A stretch of 32,000 bases of DNA, taken from positions 2,700,001 through 2,732,000 of the forward strand of contig NZ_LN831039.1 in assembly GCF_001457595.1 (NCBI RefSeq), read 5' to 3'. This DNA comes from Mycolicibacterium smegmatis (GTDB taxonomy: Bacteria; Actinomycetota; Actinomycetes; Mycobacteriales; Mycobacteriaceae). The translations under genes were made by a program, and so were the position numbers. Of this stretch, positions 16,802 through 25,289 are shown piece after piece. Each line of letters starts with the position of its first letter. Within the stretch, counting starts at the first letter, position 1. The notes under the pieces are model-generated. The model did no database searches. It was not told where the DNA came from and was given only the letters and a program-made list of their open reading frames with translations.

Positions 16802-17580
16802 CCGCGAGCAGGCTGCAGCAGGCCCTGGCCGACCGGCAGACCGTCTGGGGCGGCTGGGTGGTCGGCCCGACCATCCTGGGTCCCGAGGAGTTCGCCGCCG
16901 CCGGATACGACTACGTCGGATTCGACGTCCAGCACGGGTATCTCGACGACGCCGACGTGGCACTGCTGCTGCGCCGCCTCGAACACGTGCCGATCGCCAC
17001 TGCGGTGCGCCTGCCCTCGCCCGACCCGGCGCCCATCGGACGGGTGCTCGACGCCGGCGCCGACGCGGTGATCATCGCCATGGTGGAGACGCCCGAACAG
17101 GCCGCGGCCGCCCTGGCCGCCACCCGGTACGCCCCCGAGGGCGTGCGCAGCTTCGGGCCGTTGCGCGCAAGCCTCGGTCACGACACCGTCGCGCTGCAAG
17201 AACGCGCGAGCGTGATCGCGATGATCGAGACCGCCACAGGCGTTGCGGCAGTGCAGGATATCGCCGCGGTGGCCGGCCTGACGGGTCTCTATGTCGGACC
17301 TGCCGACCTGGCGATCTCGATGGGAAACCAACCCACCGACGCCTGGACACATCCCGACGTCCTCGCGGCGTTCGTGACCGTGCGGCAGGCCGCCGACGCG
17401 GCCGGGCTGGCCGGCGGGATACACGCCGGGACCGGACGCGCCGGTAAGGCCGCGGCAGACATGGGATTCCGGATGATCACGCTGGCTTCGGAATCCCAGG
17501 CGCTGCGCCGCGGTGCGGTCGAACACCTCGACGAGGCCACCGGCGCGGGTGGTGGCCATGAACAAAGGGGATACCTCTGA
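16798..17580 (+). CDS. HpcH/HpaI aldolase family protein
   Basis: YDYVGFDVQHGYLDD, ADAVIIAMVETPEQA, LYVGPADLAISMG; ATGA overlap with the ADH. Confidence 0.9.
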   Translation: MTASRLQQALADRQTVWGGWVVGPTILGPEEFAAAGYDYVGFDVQHGYLDDADVALLLRRLEHVPIATAVRLPSPDPAPIGRVLDAGADAVIIAMVETPEQAAAALAATRYAPEGVRSFGPLRASLGHDTVALQERASVIAMIETATGVAAVQDIAAVAGLTGLYVGPADLAISMGNQPTDAWTHPDVLAAFVTVRQAADAAGLAGGIHAGTGRAGKAAADMGFRMITLASESQALRRGAVEHLDEATGAGGGHEQRGYL

Positions 17581-17594
17581 GTCCAGGGAGTGCA

Positions 17595-18332
17595 GTGAGT
17601 CCAGTGACCGTCGACCGCGTAGCGCTCGTGACCGGCGCCGCGCGTGGCCAGGGTGCGGCCATCGTGGCGAAACTGGTCGCCGACGGGTTCCGGGTTGCCG
17701 CAACGGATCTCATGATCGACGACCTCCGTATGTCGACCGCGGACCTGGGCGGCGCCGTGATCGCGCTCGAGCTCGACGTCACCTCCGCCGAACAGTGGCA
17801 GTGGGCCGTGCACGCCACGGTCGAGGAGTTCGGCTCGCTGGGCGCCCTGGTGAACAACGCGGGCGTCCTGCACCGCGCCTCGCTCGACGACGAGACGCCG
17901 GACGGTTTCGAGGGCAGTTGGCGGGTGAACTGCCTGGGCCCGTTCCTCGGCATCCGCACCGCCCTGCCGCATCTGCGCCGCGTCGACGGGGCCGCGGTGG
18001 TCAACACGTGCAGCACGGGCGCGATCCGCCCGTTCCCGAACCATGCCGCCTACGGCTCGTCGAAATGGGCGCTGCGGGGGCTCACCCAGGTGGCCGCGGC
18101 CGAGCTGGCCCCCGACGGAATCCGCGTCAACGCGGTCTTTCCCGGACCGGTCGCCACCCCCATGCTCGACGAGAGCACCCAGGAAAGGCTCGCGGCCAGG
18201 GCCGCGGCGGGGCGCCTCGCCAGACCGGCCGAGATCGCCGACGCCGTGGCATTCCTGCTCTCCGAGCACGCGTCGTTCATCACCGGATCCGAGCTCGTCG
18301 TCGACGGCGGGCAATGTCTGCAGATCGGATGA
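17595..18332 (+). CDS. SDR family oxidoreductase
   Basis: VALVTGAARGQGAAIV, VNNAGV, YGSSKWALRG, ITGSELVVDGG. Confidence 0.93.
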   Translation: MSPVTVDRVALVTGAARGQGAAIVAKLVADGFRVAATDLMIDDLRMSTADLGGAVIALELDVTSAEQWQWAVHATVEEFGSLGALVNNAGVLHRASLDDETPDGFEGSWRVNCLGPFLGIRTALPHLRRVDGAAVVNTCSTGAIRPFPNHAAYGSSKWALRGLTQVAAAELAPDGIRVNAVFPGPVATPMLDESTQERLAARAAAGRLARPAEIADAVAFLLSEHASFITGSELVVDGGQCLQIG

Positions 18333-19828
18333 GCATGTCCATCGGGATCATCGGCGCCGGACCGGGTGGTCTGGCCCTCGGAATCTTTCTGAAAAAGGCC
18401 GGTTTCCGCGATTTCACGATCTTCGACAGGGAAGACGGCGTCGGCGGGACGTGGCGCATCAACACCTACCCTGGGCTGGCGTGCGACGTGAAATCGCACC
18501 TGTACTCCTACTCGTTCGACCTCAACGCCGACTGGACGAGGTTGTGGTCCTCGCAGCCCGAGATCCTCGCGTACTTCGAGCGGTGTGCCCAGCGGCACCA
18601 GCTCGAATCCCACCTGGTGCTGGGCACCGAGATCACCTCGGCGCGCTGGGACACCGACGGCTGGGTGCTCACCACCTCGGGTGGGGACGAGCAGCGGTTC
18701 GACTTCGTGGTGTCCGCGGTGGGACTGTTCACCCAACCGCTGCTGCCCGACCTCGTCGAGGAGGAACCGTTCACCGGAACCGTGCTGCACACCGCGCGCT
18801 GGGACCACTCGATACCGCTGGCGGGCAAGAAGATCGCGGTACTGGGTACGGGGTCCACGGCCGCGCAACTGGTCCCGGAACTGGCGAAAGTCGCCGACAC
18901 GGTCTACTCGGTGCAGCGCTCGCCCACGTGGATCCTCCCCAAACCCGACCGCCCCTACACCGACCGTGAGCGGTGGGTCTTCGCACACGTGCCGCTGGCC
19001 AAGAAGATCTACCGCACCCGGCTGTGGCTGCGCAGCGAGTCGAACATCTCGGTCATCGAACACGGCAGTGACAAGACGCAGGAGTTCAGGTCGATAGCAC
19101 TGAACATGCTGCGGTCCACCGTGACCGACGACGAGTTGCGCGAACGGCTCACACCCGATCATCCGCTGGGTTGCAAGCGGCTGGTGTTCTCGTCGGACTT
19201 CATCCCGACCCTGACCCGCCCGAACGTCGAGGTGGTGTCGAGTCCCGCGCGGGCACTGCGGTCGAGGTCGCTGGTCACCGAGGACGGCCGCGAACTCGAC
19301 GTCGACATCGTCGCGTGCGCAACCGGATACGCCGCGGCCGACTATCTGGGCCAGATCGAGGTGACGGGGGAGGGCGGGATCCGGTTGCACGATGTGTGGC
19401 GCGACGGGGCCTACGCCTACCTGGGGATGACCGTGCCCGGGTTCCCGAACTTCTTCATGCTCTACGGGCCGAACACCAACGTCGGATCCAACAGCGTGAT
19501 CTTCGTCCTGGAGGCGCAGGCCCGCTACGTCGTGCGTGCACTGAAACACCTACGGCGCAGACGGAAGTCGTATGTGGCGGTGAAACCCGAGGTGATGGCG
19601 CAGTTCATCGCCGACATCGACCGGTGGATGCAGGGCACGGTGTGGCTCACCCGGTGCAGCAGCTACTTCCGTGCACCCAACGGCCGGGTGGTCACGCAGT
19701 GGCCCCGTAGCGCCCGCGCGCTGTGGGCCATGACGCGGCGGTTCCGCGCCGCGGACTACCTGTTCAGCGCACCCGTCGACGGCCAGGCGCAGGTGGTCGA
19801 GGTGGCGGCCCACGAAACGGTCGGCTGA
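18329..19828 (+). CDS. Flavin-containing monooxygenase, Baeyer-Villiger type
   Basis: GIIGAGPGGLALG; BVMO fingerprint FTGTVLHTARWD (FxGxxxHxxxWD); GTGSTAAQL; ATGA overlap. Confidence 0.92.
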   Translation: MSMSIGIIGAGPGGLALGIFLKKAGFRDFTIFDREDGVGGTWRINTYPGLACDVKSHLYSYSFDLNADWTRLWSSQPEILAYFERCAQRHQLESHLVLGTEITSARWDTDGWVLTTSGGDEQRFDFVVSAVGLFTQPLLPDLVEEEPFTGTVLHTARWDHSIPLAGKKIAVLGTGSTAAQLVPELAKVADTVYSVQRSPTWILPKPDRPYTDRERWVFAHVPLAKKIYRTRLWLRSESNISVIEHGSDKTQEFRSIALNMLRSTVTDDELRERLTPDHPLGCKRLVFSSDFIPTLTRPNVEVVSSPARALRSRSLVTEDGRELDVDIVACATGYAAADYLGQIEVTGEGGIRLHDVWRDGAYAYLGMTVPGFPNFFMLYGPNTNVGSNSVIFVLEAQARYVVRALKHLRRRRKSYVAVKPEVMAQFIADIDRWMQGTVWLTRCSSYFRAPNGRVVTQWPRSARALWAMTRRFRAADYLFSAPVDGQAQVVEVAAHETVG

Positions 19829-19829
19829 C

Positions 19830-20762
19830 ATGGCTCACAGGTCCGGATGGACCGAGCGCCTGGATCCCGCGCTGCGCGAATTCGCCGGTGCCCGCACCGA
19901 TCTGTCGCCCGAAACCCTTGCGGTGGTGCGGGCCTCGATCGACCGGCGTCGCCGTGAATCGGCGCAGACGCTCGACACGTTCGGCGTGGCCATCGCAGGC
20001 GGCCGGGCCGCGCTGGGCCGGCGCAGTGTGCCGGTGCGCATCTACCGTGGCGGCCCGTCGCCTGCACCCGTGGTCGTGTACTGCCACTCGGGCGCGTTCG
20101 TGCTGGGCAACCTCGACGTCGACCAGCGGCAATGCGTCGAACTGGCGCGGCGTGGGCAGTGCACGGTCGTGGCCATGGACTACCGCCTCGCCCCCGAACA
20201 TCCGTACCCCGCAGCGCTCGACGACGCCGCGATGGTGCTGGCCTGGGTGGCCGCGCAGGCCGGTGAACTCGACGTCGACCCGGATCGGATCGCGGTCGCG
20301 GGCAGCAGTGCCGGTGGTGCGCTGGCCGCGTTGCTGGCACAGCGGTCCGCGACGGGCGCCGCGCCTCCAATCGTGTTCCAGTTGCTGCACCAGCCGGTGC
20401 TCGACGACCGCCCGACCCGCTCCGAGCGCGAATTCGTCGACACACCCGGTTTCGACGGCCCCGCGACGGTCGCGATGTGGCGTCACTGGCTGGCCGGCCG
20501 CGCGGCGCCCGACGGCGCCGTACCGGCCCGCGCCACCGAGATCTCGGACATGCCTGCGGCTTTCATCAGCTGCTCGGAACTGGACCCGCTGCGCGACGAA
20601 GCACTCGACCATGCGCGCAGGCTGATCGACGGCGGCGTGTCCACCGAGCTGCACGTGTTCGCGGGTACCTGCCACGGATTCGACTCACTGCTGCCCGAGT
20701 GGGAGGTCAGTCAGGAACTGTTCACCCTGCAGGGGGCGGCACTGCGCCGGGCCCTGCGCTGA
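19830..20762 (+). CDS. Alpha/beta hydrolase, hormone-sensitive-lipase-like
   Basis: VVVYCHSGAFVLGNLD oxyanion region, MDYRLAPEHPYPAALDD, AVAGSSAGGALAALL nucleophile elbow, CHGFD. Confidence 0.9.
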   Translation: MAHRSGWTERLDPALREFAGARTDLSPETLAVVRASIDRRRRESAQTLDTFGVAIAGGRAALGRRSVPVRIYRGGPSPAPVVVYCHSGAFVLGNLDVDQRQCVELARRGQCTVVAMDYRLAPEHPYPAALDDAAMVLAWVAAQAGELDVDPDRIAVAGSSAGGALAALLAQRSATGAAPPIVFQLLHQPVLDDRPTRSEREFVDTPGFDGPATVAMWRHWLAGRAAPDGAVPARATEISDMPAAFISCSELDPLRDEALDHARRLIDGGVSTELHVFAGTCHGFDSLLPEWEVSQELFTLQGAALRRALR

Positions 20763-20871
20763 ACGGCTGCTCGACTGCGCCGGTGACCTGCTGAACCCGC
20801 GGGGTGCTGGCGACGGCCAGACGCTGTCGGACGACTTCGAGAACCAGGTGCCCGGTTGACCCGCGCAGCGA

Positions 20872-21846
20872 TCATCCGAAGTTGGCGGCGATCCTCCGGC
20901 GGAGATATTCGGCCGCGGTGATCGGCGGGTAGGTGCCCTTGGGGCTCTCGATGAGCACGTCGGTGTTGGCCTGTGCGAAATAGGCGACGCTGTAACGCGG
21001 ATCGAGACTCTCCCCGGGCCGCGGCGCCCGGACGCGGTGGAAGTTGGACGGCAGCAGATCGTCGGACCAGCGCATCAGCATGTCACCGATGTTGCACGTG
21101 ATCGCGTCGTCCGACGGATGAACCGGAGTCCACACCTGCTGATCGGCCTCGGCGCCGGGCAGGACCTGCAGTCCCGGCTGACACGAGCGCTGGAACAGCA
21201 GCGTCAGTGCATCGAAGTCCGTGTGCGCACCCGCGCGCCACACGTCATCGCGTCCCACGAGTTCGGCCGGGAACGCGTAGTAGTGCAGCAGGCGCAGCGT
21301 GCTCTGATAGGTCGGGGCGTCGGGATCGTGTGCCCGCGTGAAGAACTCGCGGTCGAAACCCAGCCGGACCGCGAAACAGCTGAGGATGTCCATCGCCAGC
21401 CGCCAGCACCGCCGTTCGAAGTCCTCGATGGTGTCGCGGAATCCGTCGAGTTCGTCTGGCGCCGGCCACAGGCCGTCCATGCGCGGCCGGGTGAACTGGT
21501 AGGACTCCTTCTCGTCCGCGGTCCCGACAGACGGACGGACCTGACTCTTGTACTCCCAGCCGACGTTCTGACCTTTCTTCAGCGGATACTTCTCCTTCAC
21601 CGCGGTGGGCAGAGCGAAGAACCGCTGGGCCACGTCGAACACCCGGTCCACCTCCGCGAGGTCGATGCCGTGCTCGACCACCTGGAAGAAACCGATGTCG
21701 GTCGCTGCGGCCCAGAGTTCGTCGGCGATCTCGTCGAACCGCGAACCGAAGTCGGCCAGGCTGATCTGGCGCACCTCGCGCGCATGCGATTCGGTGCCGA
21801 GAGCGCCCATACGGGATTCGCGGAGCAGTTCGGTCATCTCGTTCAT
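20872..21846 (-). CDS. 2-oxoglutarate/Fe(II)-dependent dioxygenase, isopenicillin-N-synthase-like family
   Basis: Part of ORF 20872..21948. HTD Fe ligands (codons at 21217-21225), distal His in SNFHRVRAP, RxS motif in DPRYSVAYF. Confidence 0.9.
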   Translation of the reverse strand: MNEMTELLRESRMGALGTESHAREVRQISLADFGSRFDEIADELWAAATDIGFFQVVEHGIDLAEVDRVFDVAQRFFALPTAVKEKYPLKKGQNVGWEYKSQVRPSVGTADEKESYQFTRPRMDGLWPAPDELDGFRDTIEDFERRCWRLAMDILSCFAVRLGFDREFFTRAHDPDAPTYQSTLRLLHYYAFPAELVGRDDVWRAGAHTDFDALTLLFQRSCQPGLQVLPGAEADQQVWTPVHPSDDAITCNIGDMLMRWSDDLLPSNFHRVRAPRPGESLDPRYSVAYFAQANTDVLIESPKGTYPPITAAEYLRRRIAANFG

Positions 21847-21853
21847 GAGGTCC

Positions 21854-23311
21854 TCACGAAAGTCGGTCGGAGACCGGCACCTTGAGCGGGCGCCGGGCGT
21901 GGAACAGGATGTTGAGGAGCACCGCCACGCAGATGCCCGTGGCGACACCGCTGCTGAGCAGTTGCCGGGCTGCGTCGGGGAACTGGGAGTAGAAACCGCT
22001 CACCGTCGTGGGCAGCAACGCGACGCCCAGCGCCGCGGCGACGATGATCACGTTCGCGGTGTCGGCGAAGTCGACCTGGCCCAGGATCCGTATCCCGACG
22101 ACGGCGATGGTTCCGAACATGACCACCGCGGCCGCTCCGAGCACCGGACGCGGTATCGCAGCGACGATCTCACCGACCACCGGGAAGAATGCCAGCGACA
22201 TCAGCAGCACGCCCGTGGTGGCCGTGACGTACCGGCTGAACATCCTGGTGATGGTGAGGATTCCGACGTTCTGCGCGAACGTCACGTACATGAACGACTG
22301 GAACACGCCGCCGCCAAGCGCGGTGACCACACCGTCGGCGCGCACTGCCGCAGCGAGCCGTCGGTCGGAGATCTTTTGGTCCACCACCTCTCCCACGGCG
22401 TTGACCTGTCCGGCGAGTTCGACGACCAGCACGATCTGGATGATCGCCAGCGAGCAGATCGCGAGCACGTCGAACCGCGGTGCGCCGAAGTGCAGCAGAT
22501 CCGGGAACGAGATCGCCTGGGTGTCACCGATTCCGGAGAGATCGAGGAATCCGGTGGCCGCCGCGATGATCGTCCCGGCGATCATGCCGATCAGGACCGC
22601 GAGTGATCGCAACAGCCGCGGCAACAGCCGATAGCCCAGCAGGACCGCAAGTGCCGTCACAGCAGCCAGGCCGATGGCGGCCGGTGATCCGAAGCCGGAC
22701 GCGTCCGGGTCGGTGCCGACGATCATCTTGGCGCCGGCCGGGATGAGCTGGATACCGATCAGCAGGATCGTCGTGCCGATCACCACGGGCGGGAAGAACC
22801 GCATCATCTTCCCGACCAGTGGCGCGACCGCGATGGTCGCCAGGCCGACGACGAGTACGGCTCCGTACATGGTCTGCAGGCCGCTGCCCTGACCGATGAT
22901 CAGCATGGGCGCGATGCCGGTGTACGACGCGCCGATCACCATCGGCAGTCGCACCCCGACCCGCCAGATCCCCAGAGACTGCAGCAGGGTGCCGAAGCCG
23001 CACAGCAAGAGGTCCGCGGTCACCAGGTACACCAGGTCCTGCTGCGAGAGGTCGAGAGCCGATGCCACGACCACGGGCACCGTGATGGTGCTGGCATACA
23101 TGACGAGTAGGTGCTGCAGTCCGTACACCAGCAGCTTCCAGGCGGACGGCACCTCGTCGACCGGGTTGGGGGCCGGGCCGCCGCCGTCGTTCGACGGTGC
23201 CGGGCCGTCCGGTGTGACGGTGTGTTCCGCGGTGCCGGGCCGCCGCCGGCCCCGTATGGCAGAAGGACCCCGTATGGCAGAAGGACCCCGTATGGCAGAA
23301 GGAATGGTCAT
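21854..23311 (-). CDS. NCS2 nucleobase (uracil/xanthine) permease
   Basis: Part of ORF 21854..23506. LLVYGLQHLLVMYASTITVPVVVASAL, QSFMYVTFAQNVGILTITRMFSRYV; start MTIPSAIRGP. Confidence 0.9.
   Translation of the reverse strand: MTIPSAIRGPSAIRGPSAIRGRRRPGTAEHTVTPDGPAPSNDGGGPAPNPVDEVPSAWKLLVYGLQHLLVMYASTITVPVVVASALDLSQQDLVYLVTADLLLCGFGTLLQSLGIWRVGVRLPMVIGASYTGIAPMLIIGQGSGLQTMYGAVLVVGLATIAVAPLVGKMMRFFPPVVIGTTILLIGIQLIPAGAKMIVGTDPDASGFGSPAAIGLAAVTALAVLLGYRLLPRLLRSLAVLIGMIAGTIIAAATGFLDLSGIGDTQAISFPDLLHFGAPRFDVLAICSLAIIQIVLVVELAGQVNAVGEVVDQKISDRRLAAAVRADGVVTALGGGVFQSFMYVTFAQNVGILTITRMFSRYVTATTGVLLMSLAFFPVVGEIVAAIPRPVLGAAAVVMFGTIAVVGIRILGQVDFADTANVIIVAAALGVALLPTTVSGFYSQFPDAARQLLSSGVATGICVAVLLNILFHARRPLKVPVSDRLS
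23251..23303. repeat. 18-bp tandem repeat, about 2.9 copies (CCCGTATGGCAGAAGGAC)n, inside the permease 5' end
   Basis: Direct reading; encodes (SAIRGP)n at the cytoplasmic N-terminus. Confidence 0.9.
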
Positions 23312-23550
23312 GACCGTCCTGTGCTCGTCTGTGCCGGCGAACCGGCACTGATGGCACGGGAACCCTGATCCCGTTCGGCGCGATGTGCTTTGGTGCCCAG
23401 CGTGCCGATGCGGAGGATTCCCGCGAGATCGCACGCACTTTTCGAGAGCGAGGGACGCGCGTGGCGCCCCGCCACGCAACGATGTGGGCAACACCGTTAC
23501 GTGCAATCCTTACTTGCAGACACGAGTACATCCAACGCGTGTTATCTCGC

Positions 23551-23580
23551 TGTGAACTCGGCGAAAAACAGTGTGAACTC
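23551..23580. repeat. 9-bp direct repeat TGTGAACTC at a 21-bp period
   Basis: TGTGAACTC at 23551-23559 and 23572-23580. Confidence 0.7.
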
Positions 23581-23679
23581 ATCCTCTCGGCATGCCCGCG
23601 GCACCGGAGGTGCGACGCCGCCGGGCAGATAGGCTGACACCGGCGCGGCCCTCACGGGCCCCGAGTCGCGGAGGGCATT

Positions 23680-23976
23680 TTGGACAAGCTGGACACAGGA
23701 TCACACGGCGACCTGCAACTCGACGACGGGCGGTTCCGCGTGACCCGCTGGACCATCGAACCCGGCGGCGCCATCCCCATGCACCGGCACGAACACGACT
23801 ACGTCGTCGTGCCGCTGGTCAACGCCACCATGCACGTCGTCGCCCCCGACGGCACCGACACCGTCGCGGAACTGCGGATCGGTGAGAGCTATTCGAGGAT
23901 CGCAGGCGTCGAACACCGCGTGGAGAACCGCGGGACCACCGACACCGTCGTGTTCGTCGAGGTCGAGCGGCTCTGA
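23680..23976 (+). CDS. Cupin domain protein
   Basis: PGGAIPMHRHEHDYVVVPLVNATMHVV...GVEHRVENRGTTDTVVFVEVERL. Confidence 0.85.
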   Translation: MDKLDTGSHGDLQLDDGRFRVTRWTIEPGGAIPMHRHEHDYVVVPLVNATMHVVAPDGTDTVAELRIGESYSRIAGVEHRVENRGTTDTVVFVEVERL

Positions 23977-23983
23977 CGGTCCG

Positions 23984-24448
23984 TCAGACGCCTGCGAGTT
24001 CGCGCGCGACCGCGGCGTGGTACCTGTCGATGTTGGCCGGGTTCACGATGCGGAACAGCGCATCGGGCAACGGGGATTCCTTGTAGGCCTCGATGGTCAT
24101 GGTGCGGCTGAACAACGTGACGTCCGGGCCTGGACGCGTGAACTGGTACTGCACGGTGATCCGGCCGTCCATGCCGCCGTTGCCGTCCCGATCGTGCCCG
24201 AGCCGGCCGACGGAGTTGAACACCCACAACCGCGGACGCATCGCGATCGCGAGATGCCACGTGTAGATTTGCTGGCCGTCCGGGCCTGCCTCGCTCCAGG
24301 TGTCCCCGACCTGCAACGGCAACCGGTCCGGCAGGCCCTCGATGTGCGCGCTGCCAGGGTAGGTCTTGGTCCAGTTCGCCGGGTTGGTCACGAAATCGTA
24401 GACAGTTTCCGCCGATTGGGGGAATGCCGTCTCCGAGCTGGTGGTCAC
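23984..24448 (-). CDS. SRPBCC family protein
   Basis: SETAFPQSAETVYDFVTNPANWTKTYPGSAHIEGL...; ligand-binding START-like fold pattern; probable GTG start at 24448. Confidence 0.8.
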   Translation of the reverse strand: MTTSSETAFPQSAETVYDFVTNPANWTKTYPGSAHIEGLPDRLPLQVGDTWSEAGPDGQQIYTWHLAIAMRPRLWVFNSVGRLGHDRDGNGGMDGRITVQYQFTRPGPDVTLFSRTMTIEAYKESPLPDALFRIVNPANIDRYHAAVARELAGV

Positions 24449-24477
24449 GATGCCCAACTGTGTTGCCTTTCTTGTGA

Positions 24478-25185
24478 TCACACGGAGCAGCCGCAGGCCG
24501 CGGTGCTCGCGCCTGCGGGGAGTTCGGCGACGACGTCCACCCGCGCCGGGTCGAAGCTCAGATGCCCACGCAGCGGTTCGGCCTCGGGCGGGGTGTCCGG
24601 GTAGCTCCACGCGACGTCGCTGATGACGGTGTCCGCGACGACGGCCGCCCAGTAGGTGGCGACGCCCTTGTAGTTGCAGTAGGTGGTGGTGTCGGTACGG
24701 TGCAGCAGATCGGTGCGGACCAGTGCCGGGCTCACGTACAGGCGGGGTTCCAGGGCCGTCTCGAACACGATGATTGTGTCGTCGGTGTCGACGAGCACGG
24801 TGTCGCCCACCGCGACCCGCAGCCTGCGCTTGGTGGGCCTGCAGTCGATGCGGTGATACGGGTTGGGGGGATAGTGCACCAGACGGCGGCCCTCTTCCAT
24901 CCACACCTCGACAGCGTCCCACGGCACCGTGACGTATCCGGGCGCTTCCGGTACCGCCACGGCGGGCAGGCCGCCGACCTCGTCGACCGGAAAGGCGTAG
25001 CTCAGCGGGCTCCCGGCCCGGTGCACCATGAGGGCGCACTCGGTGTCGATCAGCGCGTCGCCGCCGACGAAGGCCTGGACGCGCCGGGGATGTGGCTCGA
25101 TGTAGACGGCCGGTGCGGGCAGCGGTGGCGAGAACCAACCGGCCGGCCGGTTGCTCAGGGGCCCGTGGCCTGCGACGAGACTCAT
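24478..25185 (-). CDS. DUF427 domain-containing protein (two domains)
   Basis: RRVQAFVGGDALIDTECALMV...YHRIDCRPTKRRLRVAVGDTVLVDTDDTIIVFETALEPRLYV...TTTYCNYKGVATYWAAVVADTVISDVAWSYPDTPPEAEPLRGHLSF; RBS GGAGG. Confidence 0.85.
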   Translation of the reverse strand: MSLVAGHGPLSNRPAGWFSPPLPAPAVYIEPHPRRVQAFVGGDALIDTECALMVHRAGSPLSYAFPVDEVGGLPAVAVPEAPGYVTVPWDAVEVWMEEGRRLVHYPPNPYHRIDCRPTKRRLRVAVGDTVLVDTDDTIIVFETALEPRLYVSPALVRTDLLHRTDTTTYCNYKGVATYWAAVVADTVISDVAWSYPDTPPEAEPLRGHLSFDPARVDVVAELPAGASTAACGCSV

Positions 25186-25263
25186 TGCGCCACCTCCGGT
25201 TTGACGACCGCACCGCGGGGCTGTGCACCGACGGGAGGTTGTGATCGCGTCACGACAAGGAGC

Positions 25264-25289
25264 TTTACAGATTCTTCAACAAATGTCAC
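25264..25289. promoter_or_regulatory. Shared regulatory element, copy E (TTTACA-N14-TGTCAC), second TGTCAC at 25306-25311
   Basis: Divergent gap between the DUF427 gene (78 nt away) and 25327..25989. Confidence 0.65.

Noticed and set aside
18050-19549. 499-aa minus-strand ORF antisense to the SDR/BVMO genes
   Set aside because: Composition-driven open frame; the plus strand carries complete functional motifs and coupled starts.
20763-20871. Possible 3' fragment of another gene (LNPRGAGDGQTLSDDFENQVPG-stop in one frame)
   Set aside because: Looks vaguely protein-like but too short to assign; may be random. Worth only a quick BLASTX.
21847-21948. N-terminal extension of the 2OG dioxygenase ORF (MSPRASAWRCSST...)
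   Set aside because: It would run into the permease 3' end with low-quality composition; ATG at 21846 is preferred.
23312-23679. Purine-type riboswitch upstream of the nucleobase permease
   Set aside because: No recognisable conserved aptamer core could be traced by eye; would need cmscan against Rfam to exclude fully.
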